From Balanoglossus misakiensis (Eukaryota > Animalia > Hemichordata), in contig CM082581.2 in assembly GCA_040954595.2 (NCBI GenBank), positions 14,561,350 through 14,625,349 of the forward strand: a stretch of DNA of 64,000 nt, given 5' to 3'. The stretch's first letter is position 1. Each line of letters begins with the position of its first letter. A model generated the notes under the pieces. The model did no database searches, was not told the DNA's origin, and worked only from the letters and a program-made list of their open reading frames with translations. A program made the position numbers and the translations under genes. Positions 62,701 to 64,000 of this stretch are shown in pieces.

Positions 62701-64000
62701 TCACCGCGCCGTTACGACCGGAAGTTGCCGCAACTTGGCCCGGATTCACAGGAAGTCTCGGCAACTTGGCCCAGATTCTTGCGCCGATACGACCGGAAGT
62801 CGCCGGCAACTTGGCCCAGATTCACCGCGCCGTTACGACCGGAAGTCGCCGGCAACTTGGCCCGGATTCACCACGCCAACCAGATACCCAATCCCTTCGA
62901 CCGCCAGGCTACGGCCGGAAGTGGAGGCCAACCTGATGCCCAACCCCTTCGACCGCCAGGCTACGGCCGGAAGTGGAGGCCAACCTGATGCCCAACCCCT
63001 TCGACCGCCAGGCTACGGCCGGAAGTGGAGGCCAACCTGATGCCCAACCCCTTCGACCGCCAGGCTACGGCCGGAAGTGGAGGCCAACCTGATGCCCAAC
63101 CCCTTCGACCGCCAGGCTACGGCCGGAAGTGGAGGCCAACCAGATGCCCAACCCCTTCGACCGCCAGGCTACGGCCGGAAGTGGAGGCCAACCTGATACC
63201 CAACCCCTTCGACCGCCAGGCTACGGCCGGAAGTGGAGGCCAACCTGATACCCAACCCCTTCGACCGCCAGGCTACGGCCGGAAGTGGAGGCCAACCTGA
63301 TACCCAACCCCTTCGACCGCCAGGCTACGGCGGGAAGTGGAGGCCAACCTGATACCCAACCCCTTCGGCCGCCAGGCTACGGCGGGAAGTGGAGGCCAAC
63401 CTGATACCCAACCCCTTCGGCCGCCAGGCTACGGCGGGAAGTGGAGGCCAACCAGATACCCAACCCCTTCGGCCGCCAGGCTACGGCGGGAAGTGGAGGC
63501 CAACCAGATACCCAACCCCTTCGGCCGCCAGGCTACGGCCGGAAGTGGAGGCCAACCAGATACCCAACCCCTTCGGCCGCCAGGCTACGGCCGGAAGTGG
63601 AGGCCAACCTGATACCCAACCCCTTCGGCCGCCAGGCTACGGCCGGAAGTGGAGGCCAACCTGATACCCAACCCCTTCGGCCGCCAGGCTACGGCCGGAA
63701 GTGGAGGCCAACCTGATACCCAACCCCTTCGGCCGCCAGGCTACGGCCGGAAGTGGAGGCCAACCTGATACCCAACCCCTTCGGCCGCCAGGCTACGGCC
63801 GGAAGTGGAGGCCAACCTGATACCCAACCCCTTCGGCCGCCAGGCTACGGCCGGAAGTGGAGGCCAACCTGATACCCAACCCCTTCGGCCGCCAGGCTAC
63901 GGCCGGAAGTGGAGGCCAACCTGATACCCAACCCCTTCGGCCGCCAGGCTACGGCCGGAAGTGGAGGCCAACCTGATACCCAACCCCTTCGGCCGCCAGG
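53730..64000. repeat. Composite satellite: 52-bp monomer blocks alternating with 46-bp monomer blocks; runs off the window
   Basis: 52-mer CCAACCTGATACCCAACCCCTTCGACCGCCAGGCTACGGCCGGAAGTGGAGG at ~53730-55670, 56226-56762, 57150-57686, 58456-59460, 60230-60963, 61796-62529 and 62876-64000; 46-mer blocks in between. Confidence 0.97.

Noticed and set aside
47579-64000. Very long ORFs (2064 aa, 1317 aa, 692 aa, etc.), including an extensin/mucin-like CSSPPP repeat
   Set aside because: Overlapping frames on both strands are open because the GC-rich monomers lack stops. Monomer lengths of 46, 52, 43 and 32 bp and frequent 1-bp indels ignore frame, so there is no sign of coding constraint.
50263-64000. 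CRISPR-like repeat array
   Set aside because: Head-to-tail monomers with no unique spacers, no cas genes, and a eukaryotic context.

Overview
Eukaryotic (invertebrate animal-like), intron-rich genomic DNA. The left ~30 kb holds two convergent spliced genes. One is the last 14 coding exons of FANCI (+, 1-12117; 5' part outside the window). The other is a complete ~875-aa PLEKHS1-like adaptor (-, CDS 28668-16326: PH domain, Pro/Tyr-rich docking region, tandem PDZ-like domains), with a probable non-coding first exon in a CpG-rich promoter near 29.9-30.3 kb. Introns carry several small non-autonomous DNA elements: a 77-bp hAT-type MITE with an intact 8-bp TSD, a piggyBac-type MITE family and a long palindrome. 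The right ~29 kb is a gene-free, layered tandem-repeat domain: TACA/TATG microsatellites; a ~10-kb AT-rich 281/385-bp satellite with a 2396-bp higher-order duplication, bracketed by a ~1-kb direct repeat; a short degenerate (CCCTAA)n tract; a 21-bp C-rich minisatellite; and ~13.7 kb of alternating CpG-rich 46-bp and 52-bp satellites that both carry an ETS-type (C/A)GGAAGT motif. This looks like a subtelomeric or pericentromeric transition. The very long ORFs in the repeat domain are treated as artefacts. All calls were made by eye, without database searches.
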